A stretch of 64,000 bases of DNA from an uncultured Spirochaetota bacterium (lineage in GTDB: Bacteria; Spirochaetota; Spirochaetia; SZUA-6; Fen-1364), in contig CAWJSK010000001.1 in assembly GCA_963845535.1 (NCBI GenBank), positions 160,001-224,000 on the forward strand, given 5' to 3'. Under the pieces are notes generated by a model that did not search any database, was not told the origin of the DNA, and saw only the letters and a list, made by a program, of their open reading frames with translations. The translations under genes and the position numbers were made by a program. Every line of letters starts with the position of its first letter. The first letter of the stretch is position 1. Positions 48,401 to 58,750 of the stretch are shown here, one piece after another.

Positions 48401-48662
48401 GGGTCGCTATGTTGATGCAATTTATTTCCCCTGAATGAAATACAAGAAAAGGCTTGACTCAGGCCATCGCGGCATGGGTACAGAAATGTAGGACAAAAAA
48501 ACGCCCCCATACGCAATTGTAGCTTTCGTCGAACGATTGTGAAGCGGACATTGGGCGTGGGCCCGATCGTCTTCTCAAGCGTCTGCGATTGCGCATAGCA
48601 ATTGTTGGTGCTACACTGAGTTTTCACCACGATGGTCGGGCCCTGATCTGGAGCAAACACCA

Positions 48663-49820
48663 ATCGCCAACCCTGAAATAACCGCGGACATTGCAATTGA
48701 GAAGCTCGTCGCCGGCGGCGAGGGCCTTGGGTTCCTGGACGGAAAAGCCGTCTTTGTCCCGGGGACCCTTCCCGGTGAGAAGGCCAGAGTGCGCCTGACG
48801 CAGCGGCGGAAGGATTTCGACCGGGCCACGGTTGTCGATATTGTCGAGCCTTCTGCGAACCGCCAGGGGCCTCCATGCCAGCTTGCGGGCGTCTGCGGCG
48901 GCTGCGACTGGTTGCACATACGCTACGAGGAGCAGCTTGAGCAGAAAGCAGCAATCATCCGTGAGGCCTTCCGCCGGGTTGGGCGGTTCTCATGGGACGC
49001 CATCGGCATCCATTCCGGCCCTCCGCTCGGATATCGCAACAGGGTCCAGGTGCACCGTGACCAGCGCGGGAGGCTCGGCTTCATGGAGGCCGGCAGCTCG
49101 CGAATTGTCCCCGTGTTGTCATGTCCGATTTCCGACCCGGCAATCAACCGCATCTTCGCCGAGCCCGACCGCGCTCCGAAGGACCGTGAGCGTTTCACTG
49201 TCTGGGGCAGCGGAGAGACCGCCGCCGTCGAGGGAATTGATGACTCGCGCAAGATCGAGGCTTTCGTGAACGGGAAAAAGATCGCCTTTTCCGTTGCCTG
49301 CTTCTTCCAGTCGAACCTCGCCGTGCTCGAGCAGCTCATCCCGTTCGTCATGAAGGACCTGGCGGGAAAGTCCGCGGCAGACCTGTACTGCGGAGTCGGG
49401 CTTTTCGGCGCGTTCCTGGCGGAGCGCTTCTCGAGGGTGATCGGGGTGGAATCCAGCTCTCTCAGCTTGTCATTTGCTCGGGGGAACGTGCACGGCGAAT
49501 TGAACGATTTCTACCCTTTGAGCGTGGAGCAGTGGATAGAAGCAGGGGCGGTCGGGGGCCCTTTCGACGTGGTGGTGGCTGATCCTCCGCGCACGGGGCT
49601 GGCCCCCGAGGTTCGCGGCTGGCTCCAAAGGACGGGACCGTCACGATTGGTGTACGTCTCCTGCAACCCCGTCACCCTGGCTCGGGACCTCGGCGAACTG
49701 ACCCGCGGAGGCTTTGCAATCGACGAAGTCGGACTCTTCGATTTTTTCCCGCAGACCTCGCACGTCGAGACCGTCGCGCGGCTGCACCTTCCCGCGCGGC
49801 CTCGGGGCGGTGACGGATGA
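48663..49820 (+). CDS. TRAM-domain 23S rRNA (uracil-C5)-methyltransferase, RlmD/TrmA family (start uncertain)
   Basis: IEKLVAGGEG...VFVPGTLPGE (TRAM), C...CGGC, YRNR, FFQSN, DLYCGVG, DPPRTG, YVSCNP.TLARD, DFFPQTSHVE. Confidence 0.88.
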   Translation: MANPEITADIAIEKLVAGGEGLGFLDGKAVFVPGTLPGEKARVRLTQRRKDFDRATVVDIVEPSANRQGPPCQLAGVCGGCDWLHIRYEEQLEQKAAIIREAFRRVGRFSWDAIGIHSGPPLGYRNRVQVHRDQRGRLGFMEAGSSRIVPVLSCPISDPAINRIFAEPDRAPKDRERFTVWGSGETAAVEGIDDSRKIEAFVNGKKIAFSVACFFQSNLAVLEQLIPFVMKDLAGKSAADLYCGVGLFGAFLAERFSRVIGVESSSLSLSFARGNVHGELNDFYPLSVEQWIEAGAVGGPFDVVVADPPRTGLAPEVRGWLQRTGPSRLVYVSCNPVTLARDLGELTRGGFAIDEVGLFDFFPQTSHVETVARLHLPARPRGGDG

Positions 49821-52090
49821 GGAAGCCCGAGTTGCTGGCGCCCGGCGGAGGCTTTGCCGCCGCGTACCAGGCATTCGAGGCCGGAGCGGATGGGGTGTAC
49901 CTCGGGCTCAGCGAGTTCTCCGCCCGGAGAGCCGCCACGAACTTCACCCTCGAGCAGCTGCGGCGCATCCTGGGCCTGGCGCGGCTGCGCGGCCGCAAGG
50001 TTTACGTGACGCTGAACACGGTCGTACGTGAGGAGGAGATGCCGCGCGTGGCGACGTTGTGCGCCTGGCTGGAATCTCTCGGAGTGGACGGGGTCATCGT
50101 GCAGGACCTCGGCGTCTCCGCGCTCCTTCGCCGCGGTTTCCCGGGGCTCGCCGTTCACGCCTCCACGCAGATGGCCATCCACAATGACAGCGGGTTGCGG
50201 TTTGCGCGGGAAGCGGGGATCCGCCGCGTCATCCTTTCCCGCGAGCTGACCCTGGACCGAATTCGCGAGCTTCGCGCCAATCATCCCGACATCGAGCTGG
50301 AAGTCTTCATCCATGGCGCCCTCTGCTACAGCTTCTCCGGCGTCTGCCTTGCCTCCTGGGCGTTGACGGGGAGGTCGGGCAACAGGGGCGACTGCGCGCA
50401 GGTGTGCCGCAGCGTGTTCTGTTCCGGGCAGGAGAGGGATTCGACCCCCTTTTCCTGCCGCGACCTTTCCCTGGGAGCGGAAGTCCTGAAGCTCGCCGAG
50501 ATCGGGATCGACTCCCTGAAAATCGAGGGGAGGATGAAATCACCCGAGTACGTGTTCCACGTAACACGGCTGTATCGGGAGATCCTCGACAAAGGCGCCG
50601 CTCTTTCAGAAGCCGCGTTGGGAGAGCTTCAGCGAAACGCGGAGGCGACATTCTCCCGGGAGAAGACCTCGGCGTATTTCCATTCCCCCCGGGCCAAGGA
50701 TCTCCTCACGAAGGGATACCCAGGCCACAGGGGAATCCCCCTGGGAACCGTCACACAGACGCGCGGCAGGGAGATCGGACTGCGCCTGCAGTCCCGGGTC
50801 TCACTGCACGACGGGGCGGGGTTCTGGCAGCCCGCGTCTTCCGAGCCCGTCATTTTTCCCGTCATGATGCTGCGACGCGGGGCAAGGCCCGTGCGGTATG
50901 CGCAAGCCGGGGAAGCGGTGTTCATCACGGCGGATGGGGAGACACCGTTGCCGCCGCTCGGGACGCGGATGCGGCTGTTCTCCTCACGGTTTCTGGACCG
51001 GCCCCTGCCGAAGGAAGCGGGCTTTACGCCCATCAAGGTTTCCCTGCGCCTGGAGGCGACCCTCACGCAGAAGGAAGGCATCGGCGTCCTTGCCTGCAGC
51101 GTCGGGGATAGGGGAGAGCCGTTCGCGTTCAGCGCATCACTCACGCTCGTGGATTCCACGGGTGGCAAGTCGTTCGAAGGGGTCCTCAGGAAGCTTTTGG
51201 GGGAATCAGGGGATTCGCCGGTGAGAATCGCGGAGTTGTCTTTTTCGAACGAGACAGGGCGGGCAGACAATGAGATATTCGTTCAGCCGTCTGAGCTGAA
51301 GAAGGCAAGAAACGAGATCCTTGCCGCGTTGGAGAAATGGTTTCTGTCAAGCTTGGAGCGCAGAGTACAGCGCGCGCTCCTCTCCACCGCCCGGAACGCA
51401 GGCGCCTTTGCGCCGGCGGACCTCGCGGCGCTTTCCCGTCGCGAGATGCTGTCACCCCCTGCAACGCAGCCGGTGCCTTTCGCTTCCCTCGAGGCCGTTC
51501 GAAAAGGCCCCGCGGCTTTTGCCTCACGCGGCGGCCTCGTGTTCGTTCCGCTCCCGCCCGTCATGCTGGATGACGAGGCATGGATCGAGTCGCTTCAAAC
51601 GCTCTGCGCCGCGCACCGGGAAGCGCGTTTTGCAATCGGGCTCAACAATGTCGGGCAGCTCGTGGTTGCGGGCAGGCTTGCCGGGCAGGAGAACTGCTCC
51701 TTCTTCGTCGACTATTTCCTGTACGCAGCCAACCGCAGCGCCGTTTCCTTCCTGGCCGCCCGAGTAGCGCGGCTTCTCTTTCTCTACTCCTGGATCGAAG
51801 GCGGGGAGGAGACTCTCCGGCTCCTCGCTGCGCCCGAGGCCGTGCGGATCGCGGAGGGCTACCGCCCGCCGCTTTTCTACAGCCTCGGGTGCTATCAGCG
51901 CCACGCCCTGGGCGGAGGAAAATGCGGCAGGGAATGCGGCAAGGATTTCGTGTATGAGCTGCGGCAAGGGAAGAACCGGTTCGACGTTGTCGTGAAGGAC
52001 TGCGTCACCTACCTGTTCCAGAAGCCAAAGGAGGATCGTGAAGGGCCGCCAGCGCAAGGTCATGAGTCGTCCTCCATTTCCGCCCTGTAG
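49817..52090 (+). CDS. U32-family protein (RlhA/TrhP-like Fe-S RNA hydroxylation protein)
   Basis: PELLAPGG, HASTQM, EVFIHGALCYSFSGVC, SGNRGDCAQVCR, SLKIEGRMK; ATGA overlap with the methyltransferase. Confidence 0.85.
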   Translation: MRKPELLAPGGGFAAAYQAFEAGADGVYLGLSEFSARRAATNFTLEQLRRILGLARLRGRKVYVTLNTVVREEEMPRVATLCAWLESLGVDGVIVQDLGVSALLRRGFPGLAVHASTQMAIHNDSGLRFAREAGIRRVILSRELTLDRIRELRANHPDIELEVFIHGALCYSFSGVCLASWALTGRSGNRGDCAQVCRSVFCSGQERDSTPFSCRDLSLGAEVLKLAEIGIDSLKIEGRMKSPEYVFHVTRLYREILDKGAALSEAALGELQRNAEATFSREKTSAYFHSPRAKDLLTKGYPGHRGIPLGTVTQTRGREIGLRLQSRVSLHDGAGFWQPASSEPVIFPVMMLRRGARPVRYAQAGEAVFITADGETPLPPLGTRMRLFSSRFLDRPLPKEAGFTPIKVSLRLEATLTQKEGIGVLACSVGDRGEPFAFSASLTLVDSTGGKSFEGVLRKLLGESGDSPVRIAELSFSNETGRADNEIFVQPSELKKARNEILAALEKWFLSSLERRVQRALLSTARNAGAFAPADLAALSRREMLSPPATQPVPFASLEAVRKGPAAFASRGGLVFVPLPPVMLDDEAWIESLQTLCAAHREARFAIGLNNVGQLVVAGRLAGQENCSFFVDYFLYAANRSAVSFLAARVARLLFLYSWIEGGEETLRLLAAPEAVRIAEGYRPPLFYSLGCYQRHALGGGKCGRECGKDFVYELRQGKNRFDVVVKDCVTYLFQKPKEDREGPPAQGHESSSISAL

Positions 52091-54483
52091 GTGGCCAGGA
52101 AGTAAAGCCCCAGGAGAGAATCGATTTCCCGAAGCTCCGCGCGGCTTTCGTCAGCCATGGCCGCGGCCGGACCGCGGAACACGTTCCTTGCCTCCACGGA
52201 AAACCAGAATCCCAGGCCGAGCCTGGCCCCCCGCAGGAACGCGAAACCAAGCGCTTCATCTTCATCGAAGTCCCGATCCGCAAGGAGGCGGCAAAAGCAG
52301 AGGAGCGAGCTGGAAAGGCCTTCGATGATGGACGCCGTATCCTCGCGCGCAACCGCCGCGTGCAGATTCCTGGCTGCGTGCGCCAAAGCCTGGCGTTTCT
52401 GCGCCCGCCGCGAAAACTCCGCTCTGCAGTGCGCAAAAAGCGTCTGCGGGTTCCTCTGGGCTTCCGCTTCAAGCCGTTCCAGGGCGACGCTTCGCGTCGG
52501 CTTGTCTCCCGTGACGATGGCGTAGAAGCTGTCGGCGTTCGCAGAGGGAGTCCCCAGCAGGTTGCTCAAGGCGATGGCCAACTGGCGCGCCAGCACCGGG
52601 CTCTCCCCGGCGTGCATGCGCGGAAAGATGTCCAGCGCCGCCTCGAATGAGCCCAGCCGTGAGAGCGCCTCGCTTGCCGCGGCGATCACGCGCGGGGGCC
52701 GTTCCGCCTCGAACAGCTCCAGGAGCGGCCTGCGAGCCTCACGCGCGCCCATTCTCCCCAAGGCCTGGCAGCAGGCCTCAGCCAGCTCTTCGGAGGGGCT
52801 GCCGACCTGCTCGATGAGCCACGGCACGGCGCGGGCATCCCCAATGCGGCCAAGGGACCGCGCCGCGTAGGCGCGTATGGTGGAGGCGCGCTCCCGCAGG
52901 TGGCGGATCAGCGGTTCCACCGCCTCCGCGGAACCGATTCGACCGAGCGCCCGCGCGGCTTCCTCCCGCACTTCGGCATCCGGGTCATCCAGGCGCCTGA
53001 TGATGTCCCGCACCGCGATGGCCCCGGATGCCTTCTCCACGGCGCGCAGGGCCCGCGCCACCTTCCCAGACGCCTCCCCCCTGCCGAGGACATTGATCGC
53101 CATGAATGTACGGAAGATCGTGGGCGTGATGAGCGCCGAAAGCAGGAATCCCACCGGTTTTTCCCTGCCTTCCCGAATGCGAGCCAGGAACAGGATGCTT
53201 GCCAGGCAGAGGACGAAGCACACCATGATCAACACCTGGAACCCGCCGACAGGGAACCTGCCTGCCAGCGAAGCGTGGAAACCGGAAAGAAGATCGCCCA
53301 GGGTGCCGCCGCACAAAGCCCCCGCTGCGGACATCACGCCCGTGATGGCCGCGTACCAGGCCACGTACGCCGTGCGGTTTTTCTGCGGCGTGAGCGTCAA
53401 CATGAGCTGGCCCGAACCATCGAGGATCGCGAAGCTCAGGAGACCCTGGATGAGCGCCGTGACGGGCAGGATATAGATGTAGTTTCCGGGGCTCAGGATC
53501 AGGTAGATGATCCAGGAGAGAGGGTACATGCTGCCCAGGAGGACAACGGGCTTTCTCCCCAGCCTGTCCATGAGCACGCCCCAGAACATGGCGGTGGCCA
53601 CGTAGGAGAGCTGCGTGAGGATCATCATGATCCCCAGCCACGTGTTGGGCGCCCCGATTCCGTCATTCGCCGTTATGTACGGCGCGACGAACGGACCGAG
53701 GACGTTGACGGAGAAAAGCCAAAGCGCAATGGCAAACGCGAAGCCGACGAAATTCCTGTCCGCGAGCGGCTGGATGAAGTCAGCCGCGCGAAACTGCGGT
53801 TTTGGCTCACTCGGCGCGGGCTCCGGTATGAAGATGTAGAAAAGGCTCTCCGCAAGGCCGGCCAACCCCGAGACTGAGAAGATGGCGAAATACGCCCAGA
53901 AAATCCCCGCATTCTTGAACACGTCCAGAAGGACCACGGCCGCCAGAAACCAGACCATCGTGGCGGTGTTGAGCACCGCGGAACGGCGTCCGAAAAACGT
54001 GGCGCGCGTTTCTTCGGGGACGAGCTCGGACATCCACCGCCACCATCCCGAGACGCCCAGGTTCATGAACATCCAGCTTGCCGCAATGCCAACAAGCACC
54101 GCCTGGGCAGCCACCGTCTTTTCCCCGCCTCGCGCGACGGCCAGCGCGGCCAGGGCGGGGGCGAAGCCCAGCACGCGATGGACGCTCGTCACGATGATCC
54201 AGAACGGCTTGATCCGCGCGAGCCGGCCGAAGATCAGGATGGAGAGGAGGTTGAGCACGGAGGCGAGCTGCGTGGATGCCACAAGGAGGCCCAGGGAGCC
54301 GTCGGAAGCGCCGAGCTGGTTCTTGAAGAAGACGTTCATGAGGGTGCCCGGGGCAATCACGGTGATCCAGAGGATCCCTGAGGAACCGAGCACGATGTTC
54401 AGGTTCAAGGCTCGCCGCACCCGCGCGGGGGTGAGCGCGGCGGGCGCTGCGGAGGGGCTATCCGCGGTGCGCTGCGGTGTCAC
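52060..54483 (-). CDS. MFS transporter fused to C-terminal HEAT repeats
   Basis: About 12 TM segments with WGVLMDRLGRKPV, followed by repeats such as VREEAARALGRIGSAEAVEPLI. Confidence 0.85.
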   Translation of the reverse strand: MTPQRTADSPSAAPAALTPARVRRALNLNIVLGSSGILWITVIAPGTLMNVFFKNQLGASDGSLGLLVASTQLASVLNLLSILIFGRLARIKPFWIIVTSVHRVLGFAPALAALAVARGGEKTVAAQAVLVGIAASWMFMNLGVSGWWRWMSELVPEETRATFFGRRSAVLNTATMVWFLAAVVLLDVFKNAGIFWAYFAIFSVSGLAGLAESLFYIFIPEPAPSEPKPQFRAADFIQPLADRNFVGFAFAIALWLFSVNVLGPFVAPYITANDGIGAPNTWLGIMMILTQLSYVATAMFWGVLMDRLGRKPVVLLGSMYPLSWIIYLILSPGNYIYILPVTALIQGLLSFAILDGSGQLMLTLTPQKNRTAYVAWYAAITGVMSAAGALCGGTLGDLLSGFHASLAGRFPVGGFQVLIMVCFVLCLASILFLARIREGREKPVGFLLSALITPTIFRTFMAINVLGRGEASGKVARALRAVEKASGAIAVRDIIRRLDDPDAEVREEAARALGRIGSAEAVEPLIRHLRERASTIRAYAARSLGRIGDARAVPWLIEQVGSPSEELAEACCQALGRMGAREARRPLLELFEAERPPRVIAAASEALSRLGSFEAALDIFPRMHAGESPVLARQLAIALSNLLGTPSANADSFYAIVTGDKPTRSVALERLEAEAQRNPQTLFAHCRAEFSRRAQKRQALAHAARNLHAAVAREDTASIIEGLSSSLLCFCRLLADRDFDEDEALGFAFLRGARLGLGFWFSVEARNVFRGPAAAMADESRAELREIDSLLGLYFLATYRAEMEDDS

Positions 54484-54498
54484 GAGAAATCCCTCGGC

Positions 54499-56160
54499 TC
54501 AGTTTCCGGATCCGGCCAGCCTGGTTGCGTTGTTCACACGGGCCCTGATATCCGCGTCCTCGGGAGACAGCTCCTGCGCGTGCTTCAGGTAGGCAAGCGC
54601 CTTGCGGTATTCACCGCCGCCGCTCAAGGTGTCGGCGATTGCAAGGAGCGTTTCCAGGTCATCCGGGTTCTCCCGCAGCGCCGCGCGAAGGTCGGCAAGC
54701 CCGGCCTCCGGCGCGTCGCCGGCCTGGTGCGACGCCTGCGCCCGCAGGAAAAAGAGCGACGCGCGGACCGCGGGGGTTTTCACGTTTTGCAGGTCGGAGG
54801 TGGCCAGGTCTGCCGCTTCCCGCGACCGGTTTGCCGCCAAAAGCGTCCTCACGTGATAGAGGAGCGCTTCATCCCCGCCGCGTCTTTTTTCCAGCGTTTG
54901 GGCGATGGTGAGGGCTTGCTCATAGTCGGCGAGGTTCATGGCGATCTGCCACGCCACCTGGAGCGTCTCGACGTCCCTGTCCTGCTCGGGCACGCGCTGC
55001 AGATACCCCTCCGCCTCCTGCCAGCGTCCGGCCCGGGCCGCGGCGCCCGCAAGGAGCGCCAGCGTGCTGACCCTGTTCGGATCAAGTGTCAGCGCACGGG
55101 CAAGCGCCGCTTCGCCTTCCGCGCTGTTTCCACGGGAAAGCAGTATCCTGCCGCGAAGCTCCGGGAACGCGGCGTCCTCCGGGAACTTCGGCTCGGCCTC
55201 GGAGAGGATCTTCATTGCCCCGTCGGGGTTGCCGGCCTTCTCGAAGAGGACGGTCGCTTTCCGCGCAAGCGCGTCAGCGTTCGTCGGAGCGACCGTGAGC
55301 AGGGCATCCAGCATGTACAGCTCCTGGTACCAGTCCCCCATTGCATCGAATGCGCTTGCGCGAAGGAGGAGAAGGTCGGGGGTGCCGGGCGCCAGGAGAA
55401 GAGCGCGGGCGGCGGCGTCCGCAGCCAGTTGCGGCTGCCCTGCTGCCAGGAGGATGCGCGCGGTTTCGGTTTGTTGGGCAAGCGGGGTCGGAAGCTCGCC
55501 GGCATATTTCGTGAGCAGCGCAAGGTCGGAGGCCGCCGTCCCCTGGGCAATCGCGGTTTCGATCACGCCGAGCTTGGCGGGATAGAACGCGCGATCACGG
55601 CGCAGGCACTCCTCGTACAGCGGCCGTACGGAATCCGCCGGCTTGCCCTGCCGGCTCAGGAGAACGGCCCGCAGGTACGGGGGAAGAACCGAGTCGGGGT
55701 TGATGTTGTCCGCCGCGCTCAGGCCGCTTCCCATGTCGGAGGCATGGCTGTCATCAGGGACGGGGCCGGGGGAAAGAAGCGCGAGGGCCGGGCGGAGCTG
55801 CTGGAAGAACTGCGAGCCCGCCGGCGCGGCGTCAGCCAGAGATCCCGAGGAAGCAACCTGCCCTCCAGCCTCGTACGGGTTGGGCAGATCAGGATACAGG
55901 CTGCTCCAGAGGCGGCCGCCAAAAGTGGAAAGCTCAAGCGTTTCAGGCTCCCCCGTGAGATCCGCCATCGAAAGAATCTGGGTTGCCTTTGTCAGCGACT
56001 GCGCGGAGGCCGTCTCAGTGAGGCTTTCCGCAACGCGAAGGTTGGCCTGGATTCGTGAAAGCCGCTCCGCGGCCGATTCCTGATTCGGTCCGCTGGCGCA
56101 GCCGGCAAGCAGCGCGGTGGAAAGGACTGCAAGAGGCAACATTTTCAATGGCGTTTTCAT
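54499..56160 (-). CDS. TPR-repeat lipoprotein
   Basis: Lipobox LLAGC followed by multiple TPR-like repeats. Confidence 0.8.
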   Translation of the reverse strand: MKTPLKMLPLAVLSTALLAGCASGPNQESAAERLSRIQANLRVAESLTETASAQSLTKATQILSMADLTGEPETLELSTFGGRLWSSLYPDLPNPYEAGGQVASSGSLADAAPAGSQFFQQLRPALALLSPGPVPDDSHASDMGSGLSAADNINPDSVLPPYLRAVLLSRQGKPADSVRPLYEECLRRDRAFYPAKLGVIETAIAQGTAASDLALLTKYAGELPTPLAQQTETARILLAAGQPQLAADAAARALLLAPGTPDLLLLRASAFDAMGDWYQELYMLDALLTVAPTNADALARKATVLFEKAGNPDGAMKILSEAEPKFPEDAAFPELRGRILLSRGNSAEGEAALARALTLDPNRVSTLALLAGAAARAGRWQEAEGYLQRVPEQDRDVETLQVAWQIAMNLADYEQALTIAQTLEKRRGGDEALLYHVRTLLAANRSREAADLATSDLQNVKTPAVRASLFFLRAQASHQAGDAPEAGLADLRAALRENPDDLETLLAIADTLSGGGEYRKALAYLKHAQELSPEDADIRARVNNATRLAGSGN

Positions 56161-58199
56161 GGCATCTCCCGTGACGCGATTGACTGGCTGATCATCGGTC
56201 CGAGGGGAACTGTCGCCATGTAGTAGTCATTGGAGGCATTCCAGAGCGTGAAGCCCTGGGCGGCTCCCTGGAGCGCTCCCTGGACCTGGTCCACGAGGTA
56301 GGCGGTATAGACCTGCGGCGTGAAGCTCAGCTCTCCTCCAATGCGGAATGCCTGGACGTAGGGGCGGATGATGCTCCGGCCCTCGACGATGTATGCCGCC
56401 CTCCTGGTCCCTTCCTGGTAGATGTACTGGGCCCGGGGCAGGTATGCCATGGAGCCCAGGAAGTCCCGCGGGAAGTGCGAGGGGTAGAACATGGGCTGGA
56501 TGACGTCAACGTAGCGGGAATACATTTCGATGTTCTGCGCCACCCAGTTGGAGATCCGGGCCCAGCCGGCGTAGCCGTACACGTCCGTTGAGATGGGGAT
56601 GGTGAGGGACTCCCGCGCTTTGGCCAGAAACGACTCCAGGGCCTCGAGCTTCCCCATGCCCTCCCTGCGGTAGCGCCACGTGATGCGGCCCAGGTCGCCG
56701 TCGGAGGGGAAGCGGATATAGTCGAACTGCACTTCGTCCACGCCCCGGTCCTGCAGCTCCCGGGCAATGGCGATGTTGTAATCCCAGACGTACTCGGAGT
56801 AGGGGTCGACCCAGTATTCGCCCTGGTAATAGCTCTCCTCTCCCGTTTCCTCGTCCACGGTCTTTTTCAGGTAGCGCCAGGGCCCTTTCACCGTCTTGTC
56901 CCACGCCGCGTAGGCGTAGTTGTCCGCGTTGTACAGCTGCTTGTCGCGGAAAACGACGATGCGCCCAATGAGGTACAACCCGTTGGCGTGTGCAGCCTGG
57001 ACCAGGTCGTCGATGTTGAACCTCTTCTGCACCGCCCCGATGCTGCGCGGGATGGCAAGGCTCGTGTCATAGGTGAGGTAGCCGAAATCGTCCTTGAAAT
57101 CCACGACAAGGCTGTTCATTCCCTGGGCCTTCAGGAAATCGATGTGCTTCTGGAGGTACATGCCTGACGCCTGATGGGAGGAAACGTAGATGCCGTACTT
57201 GTCTGCCGCTATTGCCAGCCTCTGGGCCTTGTCCGGCGGGATGGACACGGCGGTGTCGATCTTTTCCGCCAGCGTCCACGCCGCGCTTGTCGGCGCGTAG
57301 TCCCACCGGGCATTGTCCGTGCGGCACTCCAGCCGCCATGCGCCGTCAGCGCCCTGCGCGGGGGATCGCAGAAAGTCGATGGCTCGAATGGGGGACCCCA
57401 CGGGTCCGGAGGAGAGGTCGATCTGGGTCACGTTTTTCGTCCCGCGCTTCAGCACGTACAGCCCCTTGCCGAAACCAAGGGCGAACCAGATCAGGGACGG
57501 ATCCGAAGGATCATAGGCGATGGATGCAATCTCCTCGTAGCTGCCGCCGCCGAGCTGGAGCGGGACGAGGGCCTCAGAGAGGGACTTCCAGTTCTTCCCG
57601 CCGTCCTCGGTCTCGAAGAATCCATGGAACGAGGTGCCCACAAGGACGCCGTTGGGGTTTCCCGGCGCCAGGGACAGGCACGTGAGCTGGTCATTGGAAT
57701 GAATGGGGTCCTTCAGGTCGACTTTCTCCCAGTCGGCTCCGCCGTCGCTGGAAAAGAACAGCGTGTCGAGGGTGGCGATGCCGATCCGGTTTTCGTTCAG
57801 CGGGTCGACGGACAAGTCAGTGATGATGGGCGGCTTGGCAACCGTGAATGGGTACACGGCCCGTTGCGGAAGGCCGGTGTTCCTTGCAATCCACGTCTTC
57901 CCTCCGTCCGGGGAGAAAAGCACCCCCAGGTCGAGAGAGACCCTCCAGACCGACGCCGAGGAAGTCCGATAAATCCTGTCAGGCGCGTATTGAGTCTCCA
58001 GGGAAAGGGGACGCGCCGGTTCGGCGGGCCCTGGCTGGGCGGGTCCTGGCTGGGCCGGCCCCGGGGGCGCTGCCCCTTCCGGGGCAGGGGGCTTGAGAGG
58101 CGCCGGAGACCACTCCTGGGCGCTGAGGAACGTGACGATCCCCGCCGATGACAGGAACATCACGGAGACCGCGACAATGAGGATGAGCCGCCTGCTCAT
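56157..58199 (-). CDS. Exported putative glycoside hydrolase (DUF4015-like) with N-terminal BNR/Asp-box propeller
   Basis: Asp boxes SPDGGKTW, SSDGGADW, TEDGGKNW; VVDFKDD.G, GRIVVFRD, DEVQFDYIRFP, PMFYPSHF; PGPAQ repeats near the N-terminus. Confidence 0.8.
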   Translation of the reverse strand: MSRRLILIVAVSVMFLSSAGIVTFLSAQEWSPAPLKPPAPEGAAPPGPAQPGPAQPGPAEPARPLSLETQYAPDRIYRTSSASVWRVSLDLGVLFSPDGGKTWIARNTGLPQRAVYPFTVAKPPIITDLSVDPLNENRIGIATLDTLFFSSDGGADWEKVDLKDPIHSNDQLTCLSLAPGNPNGVLVGTSFHGFFETEDGGKNWKSLSEALVPLQLGGGSYEEIASIAYDPSDPSLIWFALGFGKGLYVLKRGTKNVTQIDLSSGPVGSPIRAIDFLRSPAQGADGAWRLECRTDNARWDYAPTSAAWTLAEKIDTAVSIPPDKAQRLAIAADKYGIYVSSHQASGMYLQKHIDFLKAQGMNSLVVDFKDDFGYLTYDTSLAIPRSIGAVQKRFNIDDLVQAAHANGLYLIGRIVVFRDKQLYNADNYAYAAWDKTVKGPWRYLKKTVDEETGEESYYQGEYWVDPYSEYVWDYNIAIARELQDRGVDEVQFDYIRFPSDGDLGRITWRYRREGMGKLEALESFLAKARESLTIPISTDVYGYAGWARISNWVAQNIEMYSRYVDVIQPMFYPSHFPRDFLGSMAYLPRAQYIYQEGTRRAAYIVEGRSIIRPYVQAFRIGGELSFTPQVYTAYLVDQVQGALQGAAQGFTLWNASNDYYMATVPLGPMISQSIASREMP

Positions 58200-58750
58200 A
58201 CCTTACTACTCGGCCTGCGCGTGCTGAAAAATGAAATAATGAGCGCGATTCCGAGCACAACGAGGATCATGGGCCACCATTGCCTGACGAACGCGGCGAG
58301 CCCGCCTCCCTCCTCCCGGTGAAGGCTGAAGACGAGGAAAAACAGGGCAAGAAAGGAGATGAAGACCGCGGGCACAATAATGGCTGCCCTGGCGGAAGCT
58401 TTTTTGCGAAGCGCATAGGGGACGAGGGAAACCCCGGTGACCAGCATGAAAAGCGGCCATATCCTCTGGAGGTTTTCCCCCTCCAGCACCGTGTTGGAAA
58501 GGAGGAACACGAGCCCGCCGAGGGTGAGCACCATTCCGGGGATGATCCACGTGTCCGAGTGTTTCCGCGGCCAGGCCATATAGAGGAAAAAAAGACCGAT
58601 CACGAGCACCGCGATTGGCCACAGGCGTCCGGGCTGGGGGAGGTACCCGAGGTTCAACAGGAGAAGCACTCCGCCTACCACGACCCCCGCGACGCCAATG
58701 ACGAGAAACTTGTTCGGGTAGCGGGGTCTCTGATTTGCCGGTCTGCTCAT
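58196..58750 (-). CDS. LiaF/DUF5668-like membrane protein
   Basis: Three repeats of the WP...L..G motif (RLWPIA, RIWPLF, QWWPMI). Confidence 0.7.
   Translation of the reverse strand: MSRPANQRPRYPNKFLVIGVAGVVVGGVLLLLNLGYLPQPGRLWPIAVLVIGLFFLYMAWPRKHSDTWIIPGMVLTLGGLVFLLSNTVLEGENLQRIWPLFMLVTGVSLVPYALRKKASARAAIIVPAVFISFLALFFLVFSLHREEGGGLAAFVRQWWPMILVVLGIALIISFFSTRRPSSKV

Noticed and set aside
58026..58070. 15-bp tandem repeats
   Set aside because: They encode an ordinary PGPAQ linker in the exported hydrolase.
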